From an uncultured Chloroflexia bacterium (GTDB taxonomy: Bacteria > Chloroflexota > Dehalococcoidia > DSTF01 > JALHUB01), in contig CAVSBT010000019.1 of the NCBI GenBank assembly GCA_963726245.1, forward strand, positions 43,709 to 107,708: DNA of 64,000 nt, in the 5' to 3' direction. The notes below the pieces were generated by a model. The model was given only the letters and a program-made list of their open reading frames with translations, had not been told where the DNA came from and made no database searches. The position numbers and the translations under genes were made by a program. This document shows, piece by piece, positions 9,501 to 18,137 of this stretch (positions within the stretch are counted from its first letter, which is position 1; each line of letters opens with the position of its first letter).

Positions 9501-11965
9501 AGCGTTTCGCCGTCGAGCGCACGGCGGACGTAGTCCGCCATCGTCTCCAGGCCAGGGAACTTCTTGAAGACGGGCATACCCACCAGTTCCCCAGGCTTGA
9601 GCCCGAGGGCCTCCAGGCCCTTGCCCTCGGAGAGCGTGAACACGCCGTCGCGGTCCAGCGCGAACAGCATGACCGGGACGCTGGCTATCACGGTGCGCAG
9701 GCGCTCCTCGCTCTTCTTGAGCGCCTCTTCCGCTCGCTTGCGCCCGCTGATGTCTCTGATGGAACCTTCGAACCCGACGGGAGCGCCGTCGGGGCCACGG
9801 AGCAGGTGGGCGTTTAGAGACCCGTCGATCACACGTCCGTCGGCAGCCTTCACCCGAATCTCGTAGTCGGTGACCTCTCCCCGCTTCAGGATCACTTTTA
9901 GAAGTGCAGACCGCTCCCCCGGCGTCTCATAGATTGCTGTCACCGGCGTGCCGATTAGCTCCTCGCGGGTGTATCCGAACCGCTCCGCCGATGGGCTGAT
10001 ATCGGTGATGATGCCCTGGATGCTGGTCTGGTAGTAGATGTCCTGCACGTTCTCGAAGATCTGGCGGTACTTCGCCTCGCTCTCCCTCAGCGCCTCTTCC
10101 ATCCGCTTGCGCTCGCTGACGTCCCTGAGAGTGCCTTCGACCCCGGCAAATTCGCCGTTGGGCCCGCGGAGAACATAAGTGCAGACAGAGGTATCGATGA
10201 GGCGGCCGTCTGCCGCCGTCAGGTGGATTTCGTGGTCAGCGACCTCTCCCGATTCAAAGAGCGCTTGCAGAAGCACTGAGCGCTCTTCTGGCGTGCCGTA
10301 GAAGTCTAGTACCTGCTTGCCAATTATCTCCTCGCAGGGGAACCCGTAGCGTTCGATCGATGGGCTAACGTCGGTGACGATGCCCTGGGCATCCGTCCGG
10401 TAGTAGGACTCCGGCACGTTCTTGAAGACGCGGTGGAACTTCTGTTCGCTGTCCCGCAGCGCCTCTTCCATCCGCTTGCGCTCGCTGATGTCGGTGGCCA
10501 CGCCAATAAGGCCGTTGATCTGGCCGCCGAGATCGCGTAGCGGAGCACAGTGGGCCTCGAAAGTTGAACCGGCCAGCTCCACCTCCGCCGTGAACGCTTC
10601 GCCGTCGAGCGCCCGGCGGATGTACTCGGCCATCCCCTGCACACCGGGAAACGCGTCGAAGACGGAGCGCCCTACTACTTCGCCCGGCTTTAGCCCGAGA
10701 ACCTCCAGCCCCTTGCCTTCGGAAAGTGTGAACACGCCGTCGCGGTCCACTGCGAACAGCATCACCGGCACGTTCGTCATGACGGCGCTCAGCCGTTCCT
10801 CGCTCTCTCTCAGCGCCTCTTCCGCCTGCTTGCGCCTGCTGATGTCTCTGATGGAACCTTCGAACCCGGCGGGAGCGCCGTCGGGCCCACGGAGCAGGTG
10901 GGCGTTTAGAGACCCGTCGATCACGCGTCCGTCGGCAGTCTTCACCCGAATCTCGTAGTCGGTGACCTCTCCCCGCTTCAGGATCATTCTCAGAAGCGCT
11001 GACCGCTCCCCCGGCGTCTCGTAGATCGCGGTCACCGGCGTGCCGATTAGCTCCTCGCGGTTGTATCCGAACCGCTCCACCGACGGGCTGATCTCGGTGA
11101 TGAGGCCCTGGATGCTCGTCCGGTAGTAGATGTCCTGCACGTTCTCGAAGATCTGGCGGTACTTCGCCTCGCTCTCTCTCAGCGCCTCTTCCATCCGCTT
11201 GCGCTCAGTGATGTCGGTACCCACGCCGATGATGCCGGAGACATCCCCGTCGCCATCGCGTAGCGGAGCGCAGTGAATCTCGAAAGTGACACCGGCCAGC
11301 TCGACCTCCGTGGTGAACGCTTCGCCGGCAAGCGCACGGTCGATCTGCTCCGCTATTCCCTCCGTATCGGGGAACAGGTCGATGACAGAGCGACCCACGG
11401 CTTCGCCGGGCTTCAGCCCAAGCCTCTCCAGCACCTTGCCCTCGGAGAGCGTGCACACGCCGTTGCGGTCCACCACGAACAGCTTCACCGGCGCGTTCGT
11501 CATGACGGCGCGCAGGCGCTCGTCGCTCTTGTGGAGCGCCTCTTCCGCCCGCTTGCGTTCGGTGACATCGAATGCGGCGCCGATGATGCCGGAGATCTCG
11601 CCGTCCTGACGACGGGCCGGGGCGCAGTGAGCCTCGAACGCCAGCCCGCCCACCTCGGCCGTGAAGGTGAAGGCTTCGCCCGCGAGCACACGGTCGAGGT
11701 TCTGCCTGGCGTCTGGGAGGTCGGGGAACGCGTCGAAGATCGACCGCCCCACCAGTTCCCCAGGCTTCAGCCCGAGGGCCTCAAGCCCCTTGCCTTCGGA
11801 GAGCGTGAACACGCCATCGCGGTCAATGGCGAAGAGGACGATGGGGGCGTTGTTGGCGAGTAGGCGCAGGCGCTCCTCGCTCTCGTGGAGCACCGCTTCC
11901 GCCCGCTTGCCCTTGACGTTCTTGCGTTGCGGCCTAGGTTTTGCCTTCGCCAACGCCTCTGTCAC
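6560..11965 (-). CDS. cytoplasmic c-di-GMP signalling protein: 10 PAS domains - GGDEF - GAF - HD-GYP
   Basis: Single 1801-aa ORF. Ten ~120-aa PAS units of two alternating types are each bounded by (D/E)(I/V)(T/S)ERKR(M/A)EEAL. RYGGDEF motif at ~7967-7987. GAF follows. HD-GYP (HDIGK ... HHERWDGTGYP) at ~6838. Confidence 0.9.
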   Translation of the reverse strand: MTEALAKAKPRPQRKNVKGKRAEAVLHESEERLRLLANNAPIVLFAIDRDGVFTLSEGKGLEALGLKPGELVGRSIFDAFPDLPDARQNLDRVLAGEAFTFTAEVGGLAFEAHCAPARRQDGEISGIIGAAFDVTERKRAEEALHKSDERLRAVMTNAPVKLFVVDRNGVCTLSEGKVLERLGLKPGEAVGRSVIDLFPDTEGIAEQIDRALAGEAFTTEVELAGVTFEIHCAPLRDGDGDVSGIIGVGTDITERKRMEEALRESEAKYRQIFENVQDIYYRTSIQGLITEISPSVERFGYNREELIGTPVTAIYETPGERSALLRMILKRGEVTDYEIRVKTADGRVIDGSLNAHLLRGPDGAPAGFEGSIRDISRRKQAEEALRESEERLSAVMTNVPVMLFAVDRDGVFTLSEGKGLEVLGLKPGEVVGRSVFDAFPGVQGMAEYIRRALDGEAFTAEVELAGSTFEAHCAPLRDLGGQINGLIGVATDISERKRMEEALRDSEQKFHRVFKNVPESYYRTDAQGIVTDVSPSIERYGFPCEEIIGKQVLDFYGTPEERSVLLQALFESGEVADHEIHLTAADGRLIDTSVCTYVLRGPNGEFAGVEGTLRDVSERKRMEEALRESEAKYRQIFENVQDIYYQTSIQGIITDISPSAERFGYTREELIGTPVTAIYETPGERSALLKVILKRGEVTDYEIRVKAADGRVIDGSLNAHLLRGPDGAPVGFEGSIRDISGRKRAEEALKKSEERLRTVIASVPVMLFALDRDGVFTLSEGKGLEALGLKPGELVGMPVFKKFPGLETMADYVRRALDGETLTVEVELADFTFETYCAPLRDRSGQVSGVIGVATDVSERKRMEEALKQTATELERSNEALRETEEKFRRIFDNVQDIYYRTDDKGIITEISPSVRRFGNDPDELIGTPVLDMYKDPDERSALMKALFEQGVVIDFEVHLKSGDGLDRTTSVSTHLLHGPNGEFAGVEGSLRDVTERKRMEKALRESEAKYRQIFESVQDVFYQTDDKRVITEISPSIERYGYSREALIGTPVTDIYASAEEPSALLQALLEGEAVTDYEIHLKTADGRVIDTSVSAHLLRGPDGQFLGVEGSLRDISERKRMEEALRESEAKYRGIFENVQDIYYRTDDKGIITEINPSVERFGYTREGLIGTQVLDVYPNPEERSALLQALMEREAVTDYEIHLKTGDGLVIDTSVSARLLRGPDGAFIGVEGALRDITERKRMETALREQARRDALTSVLNHGAIVQELRNLVSGDANGSSHAVAMIDVDGLKAINDTYGHQVGDAVLVAVAGGLARDGALVGRYGGDEFVALLPNTDREAAETYRQRVLDTLAEVDLRDSETGTRVQIIASVGLAIYPTEAGRIEELIKLADSAMYAWRRQRPVLSAGSTLSRAQGGDRAAKMVGQIVPLLTSLDDLNDKLRLVAHRLSVGGDYDAVNFVLFGSEGNPQGGLSTFARMPEDLVDAWSNAQRGAPQSPIRRIQERTRRAIIMDDPQNDERFTADQRKLLRTAGMRSVLIAPMIWRDELIGHLSVGSKREAAFGPRDAEFLVAVATQVTAIVRLATLVEDLQSTSTRLVQGHTETVVLLAAAAEAHDQATGLHLRSIRSITEALARELGYGEDYAEELGLAAVLHDIGKIRVPDVVLSTAGQLTDKEWDLMKQHTVWGEDFLMERPGFELAATIARSHHERWDGTGYPDGLVGKSIPTAATIVSVADAFDAMVNDRPYRSARSVAAAVREIVSCSGAQFSPKVVQSLARLHKQKKLVRLHREALIDLAA

Positions 11966-12108
11966 ACCTCTCCCGCTGTCGAAAGAGGTGATCCTCTGGA
12001 ATCACGGCTGTTTACAAGGGAGTATCGGCTTCCGGCAAGCGTGAGAATAGCGGCGGCTGGGTGTGGAACCCTGGGACCTTCGAGCCTATGGAGAAGCGGG
12101 GTGGGAGC

Positions 12109-12588
12109 TCAGACCAGGCCTTCGAGGGCCTCCCGGTCGGGGCGGGAGTAGGCACACACGACGACTTCGAGGTCGTCCGCCTCGCGGAGGGGGCGCAGCA
12201 TGGCCTCCGCCACCTGCCGCCGGGGCAGGCCGACGATGCCCGCCCCCAGCAGAGGGAAGGCGATGCTGCCCGCGCCAAGCTCCCGCGCCAGGGCGAGGGC
12301 GGCGCGGGTGCCGGCCTCGATGTCTGCCAAGGAGGCCCGGCGGCCCGAGCGGTAGTCGATGGTGGGTACGTGGATGACGTGTCGCGCCTTCAGCGATCCG
12401 GCGCCGGTGGCCGCCGCCTTCCCCAGGTCGCACCAGCCGATGCGGTTGCTCTCCTTCTGGATGACGCGGCCCCCGGCGCGTACGATGGCGGCGGCGACGC
12501 CTCCGCCGTGCTGGAGCTGCGTGTTGGCGGCGTTGACGATGGCATCAACGTCCAGATCGGTGATGTTGCCTTCGTGCAGTCGGATCAT
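12109..12588 (-). CDS. macro domain protein (ADP-ribose binding / O-acetyl-ADP-ribose deacetylase-like)
   Basis: MIRLHEGNITDLDVDAIVNAANTQLQHGGGVAAAI...HVIHVP...SIAFPLLGAGIVG. Start set at the internal ATG 12588, which has an AGGTAGGA upstream. Confidence 0.8.
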   Translation of the reverse strand: MIRLHEGNITDLDVDAIVNAANTQLQHGGGVAAAIVRAGGRVIQKESNRIGWCDLGKAAATGAGSLKARHVIHVPTIDYRSGRRASLADIEAGTRAALALARELGAGSIAFPLLGAGIVGLPRRQVAEAMLRPLREADDLEVVVCAYSRPDREALEGLV

Positions 12589-12753
12589 CGCTGATCCTAC
12601 CTGCCGCGCCCGGCGGGCCACGGCAGCTATTATGCGCAGAGCGGCGCGTCCTGCCAAGGGGGACGCCTGGCGTGCTGGTGCCTGGTTGTTGACACGGCCC
12701 CAGCGCCATCCGATGATGAAGACGTCCTATCGCCTGCCGAAAGGAGGCACAAC

Positions 12754-13119
12754 GTGAAGGTCCGAAACTTCCGTGAGGTCGAGCCCGACAGGGAGTTGCC
12801 GGGCGTGGCCCTGCGCACGGTCATCTCCGCGCAGGACGGGGCGCCCCGCTTCGCCATGCGCGTCTTCGAGGTCGAGCCCGGCGCGTCGACACCCTTCCAC
12901 GCCCACGCTTGGGAGCACGAGGTCTTCATTCTGGAGGGCGAGGCCAAGGTGAGAGGCGCCGAGGGCGAGCGCGCCCTCCAGCCCAACGATGCCGTCCTTG
13001 TGGCCGGGCAGGAGCAGCACTGCTTCGTCAACACGGGACCTCAGGTGCTGCGCTTCATCTGCTGCATCCCCCACCCGGAGACGCTGCCGTCGGAGCAGGC
13101 GCCTGCCTGCGAGGGCTGA
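12754..13119 (+). CDS. cupin domain protein
   Basis: Cupin motifs PFHAHAWEHEVFILEGE and NDAVLVAGQEQHCFVN. GTG start preceded by AAAGGAGG. Confidence 0.8.
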   Translation: MKVRNFREVEPDRELPGVALRTVISAQDGAPRFAMRVFEVEPGASTPFHAHAWEHEVFILEGEAKVRGAEGERALQPNDAVLVAGQEQHCFVNTGPQVLRFICCIPHPETLPSEQAPACEG

Positions 13120-13147
13120 GGCCCCAGCCGCCGACAGAGGCTAGTCA

Positions 13148-13840
13148 GTGCAGGGCAGAGAACGGCGTGCGCCTCGGCAGGCGACCCGGCGTCAGGCCGG
13201 CGGCCGCCCGCTGAACCTCCAGACGGAGCGTGGCGACGTCCCTTGCCTTTACCATGCGGGCCATCCCGCTGCCGGCGCCGTCATCTGGATCGGCGGCTTC
13301 GACGGCGGCTTCGACGGCCCTGCCGACGGCATCTACGCCACTCTGGCCATGGACCTCCTGGAGGACGGCGTCGGCTCACTCCGGCTCAGCTATCGCGTGC
13401 TGGGGAGCCCCGGCAACGTGGAGGAAGCCGTTCACGACGTGCTGGCCGGCGTCTCTTTCCTGACCGGGGAGGGGGCCGGGCGCATCGGGCTGGTAGGGCA
13501 CTCCTTCGGCGGCGCCGTCGTCATCAGCGCCGCCGCCCTCTCGCCGGAGGTGAGCGCGGTCGTGACCCTGAGCACGCAGACGGCGGGCACCGCTCTAGCG
13601 CCGCGAGTGACGCCGCGGCCCCTGCTGCTCATCCACGGCGAACAGGACCGCCGCCTGTCGCCCGACTGCTCGCGCTACGTCTATCGCCTGGCCGGCGAGC
13701 CGAAGGAGCTGATCATCCTGCCCGGCGCCCGCCACAGCCTGCGTCAGCGTCGAGAGGAGCTGCGGCGGCTCCTGCGTCGCTGGCTCGTCGAGAAGCTGGC
13801 CCCCCGATCCGGCGACGAAGCCCCGGGGTCATGTGCGTAG
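13148..13840 (+). CDS. alpha/beta hydrolase (dienelactone hydrolase-like)
   Basis: Nucleophile elbow GHSFGG, later IHGEQD and ARH. Start uncertain. The TAG stop lies inside the GTAG of the REP at 13837. Confidence 0.7.
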   Translation: MQGRERRAPRQATRRQAGGRPLNLQTERGDVPCLYHAGHPAAGAVIWIGGFDGGFDGPADGIYATLAMDLLEDGVGSLRLSYRVLGSPGNVEEAVHDVLAGVSFLTGEGAGRIGLVGHSFGGAVVISAAALSPEVSAVVTLSTQTAGTALAPRVTPRPLLLIHGEQDRRLSPDCSRYVYRLAGEPKELIILPGARHSLRQRREELRRLLRRWLVEKLAPRSGDEAPGSCA

Positions 13841-13901
13841 CGGAAGGCTTTAGCCTTCCACTCTAAACGGGAGGTTGTGGAGGGCTAAAGCCCTCCGCTA
13901 C
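13837..13901. repeat. REPIN-like pair of inverted GTAG-REP hairpins
   Basis: gtagcggaaggctttagccttccac (13837-13861) and gtggagggctaaagccctccgctac (13877-13901). Confidence 0.8.
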
Positions 13902-13994
13902 TTTGACCGCGCCGGGCTCGCCACCCTAGACTGGAACTTGGAGGCGAACTTGATTGGGTGAGGCTGGTGTCTCTGGCGTCAGCGGAGGGAAGGC

Positions 13995-14477
13995 GTGGCC
14001 CGGAAGCGCCCTCGCAACCTAACCCTTCTCAGCGAAGAAGAGGTCCTGGAGCGAGTGCCCGTCCTGGCTCAGGGCATCGATGAGTTCAACGCCGGCCTCT
14101 TCTTCCAGTCGCATGAGACCCTTGAGGACTTGTGGATTGTCTCGCCGTGGCCGGTGCGTGACTTCCTCCAGGGGATCATCCAGATAGCCGCCGCCTTCGT
14201 GCACCTCAAACGCGGCGAGTACGCCGGCACCCACCGCCTCTTGACCGAGGCCATCCTCAAGCTGGAGGGCTTCACGCCTCGCTGCCTGGGCGTCGACGTG
14301 TCGCGCCTCCTGGCCGGCGTCCGCCGCTGCCGCGAGGAGGTGCTGACTCTTGGCAAGGCCCGCCTACATCTCTTCGATCGTCAGCTCATCCCTCGCATCG
14401 AGTTCAGCGAGCTGACGGCTCGAGACGAGATGCCTGCGCCCCCTACTGCCGGGGCTGAATCGGCTCCTGCTGGATGA
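13995..14477 (+). CDS. DUF309-like protein
   Basis: FNAGLFFQSHETLEDLW...QGIIQIAAAFVHLKRGEYAG matches the DUF309 pattern as I recall it. Confidence 0.6.
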   Translation: MARKRPRNLTLLSEEEVLERVPVLAQGIDEFNAGLFFQSHETLEDLWIVSPWPVRDFLQGIIQIAAAFVHLKRGEYAGTHRLLTEAILKLEGFTPRCLGVDVSRLLAGVRRCREEVLTLGKARLHLFDRQLIPRIEFSELTARDEMPAPPTAGAESAPAG

Positions 14478-15267
14478 TCTGGAAGTCGGCGTCATCGAGG
14501 GGCGCCAGCTCGCCGCGCCGGTAGGAGTCGAAGAGCTGGAAGAGGTCGCGCTTGTGGGGCCGCTTCCGGCCGATGGGGCATTTCTGCCAGTCCTCATGGG
14601 TCTCGTCGCAGTAGCCCAGGCGGTGCTCGCCGCACTTGGGTTGTAGGTAGCGGGCCAGCTCAGGAAACTTCCGGTTCAGCTCGGCCCGCATCAGCGACAC
14701 CACCTTGCGGAACTCCCACTGAGCGCGCGTGCAGAGGCGCAGGTCTGAGACGTGCAGCAGCTCCAGGAAGTTGATGGTGATCTTGAAGTTGGTTTGAGCG
14801 GCGTTGGGTATGAGGAAGCGGGCGTCCTCGGCGGGAATGCCGGCATCCAGCATCTCCTGGTAGAGCTCGCCCAGGTTCTGGAACGTGCGCGCCAGCTTCT
14901 CCTCGAAGCCGGCCTTGCGCACCGTCTCCGGCACCGTGTACGGGAACTTGCCCTTCTTGAAGGCGACATAACGCTGGCTCTGCTGCTCGAAGCTGATGCC
15001 GATGCGATGGCGCACGAACTGGTGGCTGAAGGCGCGGCTAACGCCGGCGATGCCGAACTCGAACCAGCACTGCTCCAGCGGCGAGTTGTGGCCGGTCTCC
15101 AGCCGCTTCTCGATGAACTCCTGCATTTGCTGCCGCGTGATGCGCTCGCTCTCGATACGCTCCACGATCTGCATCGGCGTTAGGGAAGAGTAGGCGGTCC
15201 GATAGGCCACGTAGAGGGAGCGGATGGGGTCGTGCGTGTGGTCGAGCAGCTTAACCTGGATTGCCAA
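14443..15267 (-). CDS. thyX: FAD-dependent thymidylate synthase
   Basis: ThyX signature RHRIGISFEQQSQRY (RHRxxSxxxxSxR), 274 aa. Confidence 0.9.
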   Translation of the reverse strand: MAIQVKLLDHTHDPIRSLYVAYRTAYSSLTPMQIVERIESERITRQQMQEFIEKRLETGHNSPLEQCWFEFGIAGVSRAFSHQFVRHRIGISFEQQSQRYVAFKKGKFPYTVPETVRKAGFEEKLARTFQNLGELYQEMLDAGIPAEDARFLIPNAAQTNFKITINFLELLHVSDLRLCTRAQWEFRKVVSLMRAELNRKFPELARYLQPKCGEHRLGYCDETHEDWQKCPIGRKRPHKRDLFQLFDSYRRGELAPLDDADFQIIQQEPIQPRQ

Positions 15268-15279
15268 AGGGCCCTCTTT

Positions 15280-15669
15280 CTAGTGACTAACCGGCACGCC
15301 GAGCTTCGCCAGCGCCTCCAGGAAGGCCTCCGGGTCCTCGAGTGAGACGGCCAGACGTTTGAAGGACACAGGCAGTATCATCCAGATCCAGCGCCTCCGC
15401 TTGAAACGCAGCTCAACCACGTTCTGGTAAGAGCCGATAAGGCCGACGACGCTGGTGATGTTGCCCTTCCAGCCAACACCGTAGAGCCAAGGCCACGATC
15501 TCCTCCCGCCTCCCTCAATGTCGGTCAGGTTGAAGCTGCGGTGGAAGAACCACCCGAAACGCGCCACCAACCTGTCGCTGGCCAGCTCGACGTAGGAGCG
15601 ATCGGGCGTGGCTCCAAACAGGGCCAGCAGCGGCGCCCACAAAGGATCCCGCCGGATGGGGAATCGCAT
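15280..15669 (-). CDS. hypothetical protein
   Basis: 129-aa ORF on the same strand, 13 nt downstream of thyX. No family recognised. Confidence 0.45.
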   Translation of the reverse strand: MRFPIRRDPLWAPLLALFGATPDRSYVELASDRLVARFGWFFHRSFNLTDIEGGGRRSWPWLYGVGWKGNITSVVGLIGSYQNVVELRFKRRRWIWMILPVSFKRLAVSLEDPEAFLEALAKLGVPVSH

Positions 15670-15802
15670 TGCCCCGGGCGTCTCAGCTACCGTACCCCTC
15701 CTTCGTCGCGGTCTGCCACGTGGAGCGCGCCCCTGGGAGCTGCCCCTGAGCCATGATACCGCAATCTCTGTTGAGGGTAGAATCCCGGCGACGGCTCGCT
15801 TG

Positions 15803-17989
15803 CTAGACAGGCCAGCGGTTCCTGCGCAGAACGCGGATGCCGCCGGTCACGTGCTGGACCTCCACCGCCGTCTTCGTAGCATGGCGCCGGAACAAGAGGT
15901 CGACGCTCCCCCGCCCGACACGAAGGCCGCGTAGCTGCACGTTCTCCAACCAGTGGGGGAGCTGCGGCCGGACCAGCAGGAGTTCGCGGCCTGACTTGCC
16001 TGGGCAGAGGCCGAGGATGGCGTGGAGGATCATGGGCAGAGCGCCGGCGGCCCAGGCCTGGGGCCTACAGGCCACGGGATAGGGCACCGGAGCGTGGTGG
16101 GCGGACCGCCCTTCGCCGCCGAAGAGCTCCGGCAGCCGGAAGTATGGGAAGGCCATAGCGGCGTCGAGGAGGGCCGTGGCGACTTCGTTAAGCTCTTCCT
16201 CAAGGCCGTACTTCTTCAGTCCCATGGTGGCAATGGCGTTGTCGTGGGGCCATACAGTCCCCAGGTGGTAGCCGATGGGGTTGAATCGCGGCGAAGCCGC
16301 GCTGAGGGTACGAATACCCCAGCCGCTGAACAAGTCATTGCTCAGGAGGCGTTCCGCCACTGCCGCCGCCCGTTCGCGGGCGATGATGCCGCTCCAGAGG
16401 GCGTGGCCGGGGCCGGACGAGATGGAGGCGCAGGGACGCTTGGCGCCGTCCAGGGCCAGGGCATAGAAGCCCTGGTGAGGCAGCCAGAAATCGCGGTTGA
16501 AGCGGCGGCGGAGGTTGGTCGCCTGTCGACGGAGCTGCGCCGCCCTTTCGCCTTCTCCCAGGGCGTCGAACACCGTGGCCAGCCCCTTCTGAGCCGCAAA
16601 GACATACCCCTGCACCTCCACGAGAGCAATGGGAGGACGGGCAAGGGTGCCTTCGGCGTGGATGATGCTGTCGGCTGAGTCCTTCCAGCCCTGGTTGACG
16701 AGGCCCTTCGCGGACTGCTTCTCGTACTCCACGTAGCCGTCGCCGTCCGCGTCGCCGTAGGTGTCCAGCCAGTCGATGGCGGCCAGGAGCGGGCCCCGCA
16801 GCTCCTTAAGGAGACGCAGGTCTCCGGTCCAGGCGTAGTACTCGCTGGCCAGCCAGAGGAAGAGGGGCGTGGAGTCGATGCTGCCGTAGTACGGCGCGTA
16901 GGGGAGCTCCCCGGCCAGCGACATCTCGTCCCGCCGGAGCTCATGGAGGATCTTGCCGGGCTCCTCATCGCGCCAGGGGTCCAGGCGGCGTCCCTGCTTG
17001 CTGGCCAGCACCCGGAGGCACTGTTTGGCTATGTCTGGACGGAAGGCGAGGGTCTGCATGGCCACGATGGCGCTGTCGCGGCCGAAGAGCGCGTCGAACC
17101 AAGGGGTGCCGGCGGAGAGGAAACGTCCCAGGCGGCCGCCCCCGTTCCAGAGCATTCGCAGGTCCGCGAAGGACCGGTCCAGGGCCTTGTTGAAGAACTC
17201 ATTGTCGGTGAAGACCTGAGTGCACCCTTCAGCCCAGCGGCGATGCTGACGCCATACCAAAGAGAGGCGGTCTTTGGCAGGGCGCCGGTCGCGCAGCCCA
17301 TCCACCGCCACCACCAGCCGGTAGGTGGCGGTGGCGCGGCGAGGCAGCGTCACCCGCAGGACAGCGGTCTGTGGGGAGATGACCGCCGGCGGCTGTGAAA
17401 AGGAGATGTGCGTCTCCCGGGCACGCCCATCCAGCCCTTCGTAGGCGAAGGTGATGCTTCTGGCGTCGGCCTCTGGCTCAAGAAGACGTCCTCGGCGCTC
17501 CCGCTGCTGCCCCCGCACCTCGAAGATGTCGGCGAAGTCGGCGTCAAATCGATAGACGAGCTCCAGGGTGACCGGGAAGACGTTGTAGTTGGTGACGCGC
17601 AACGTCTCCTCTACGATGCCGGCCAGCACGCGCTGGCGGCGCACCTCAATGGTGCCCCGAGCCAGGGTGCGGCCCTCCGCGCTCTCCATGCGGGGGTTGA
17701 TGAGGACCTGCTCTTCGGCGAAGCCCAGCTCGGCCGTGGAGAGCAGCGCGACCGGCTCGGCGGAGCGGAACGAGAGGTCATAGACGGAGAGGTGGCGGGT
17801 ATCGGCGTGGTAGAGGCCGAAACCGTGTGGATTATCGGGGGCGACGTTGCCGTTGGGGTCGGTGAGGAGGAAGAGGTCCCCTTCTCTGATGATAAGGGCA
17901 TCGCGGATGTCCTCGATGCCCATCGGCTCGCCCTCGGGTAGGTGATGCCTCTCGAGGGTCAAGTCTTCTTTCGCCTGGGTCACGGTCAT
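15803..17989 (-). CDS. amylo-alpha-1,6-glucosidase family protein (glycogen debranching enzyme-like, (alpha/alpha)6 barrel)
   Basis: 728 aa. FGRDSAI...PGKILHELR...YYGSIDSTPLFLWL...GYVEY...GLVNQGWKDS...ALVEVQGYV, typical of the bacterial/archaeal GDE_C family. Confidence 0.8.
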   Translation of the reverse strand: MTVTQAKEDLTLERHHLPEGEPMGIEDIRDALIIREGDLFLLTDPNGNVAPDNPHGFGLYHADTRHLSVYDLSFRSAEPVALLSTAELGFAEEQVLINPRMESAEGRTLARGTIEVRRQRVLAGIVEETLRVTNYNVFPVTLELVYRFDADFADIFEVRGQQRERRGRLLEPEADARSITFAYEGLDGRARETHISFSQPPAVISPQTAVLRVTLPRRATATYRLVVAVDGLRDRRPAKDRLSLVWRQHRRWAEGCTQVFTDNEFFNKALDRSFADLRMLWNGGGRLGRFLSAGTPWFDALFGRDSAIVAMQTLAFRPDIAKQCLRVLASKQGRRLDPWRDEEPGKILHELRRDEMSLAGELPYAPYYGSIDSTPLFLWLASEYYAWTGDLRLLKELRGPLLAAIDWLDTYGDADGDGYVEYEKQSAKGLVNQGWKDSADSIIHAEGTLARPPIALVEVQGYVFAAQKGLATVFDALGEGERAAQLRRQATNLRRRFNRDFWLPHQGFYALALDGAKRPCASISSGPGHALWSGIIARERAAAVAERLLSNDLFSGWGIRTLSAASPRFNPIGYHLGTVWPHDNAIATMGLKKYGLEEELNEVATALLDAAMAFPYFRLPELFGGEGRSAHHAPVPYPVACRPQAWAAGALPMILHAILGLCPGKSGRELLLVRPQLPHWLENVQLRGLRVGRGSVDLLFRRHATKTAVEVQHVTGGIRVLRRNRWPV

Positions 17990-18137
17990 GTGGGCCGGAT
18001 CGCTCTCTGGAGTCCGCTGAGGGTAGCCCCCACGCTGAGTGGCACTATCGCCTCCGCTGATCGCAGGCGGGCTGATGTACCAACCGGACCCAGCCTCATG
18101 ATACAGCAGTCAGGGCGAAGGACGAATCCTCGCGGCG

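Noticed and set aside
8200-11900. Regularly spaced ~360-bp repeats, checked as a possible CRISPR-like or satellite array.
   Set aside because: The periodicity is the coding repeat of PAS domains inside one uninterrupted ORF. No short direct repeats with unique spacers exist anywhere in the window.
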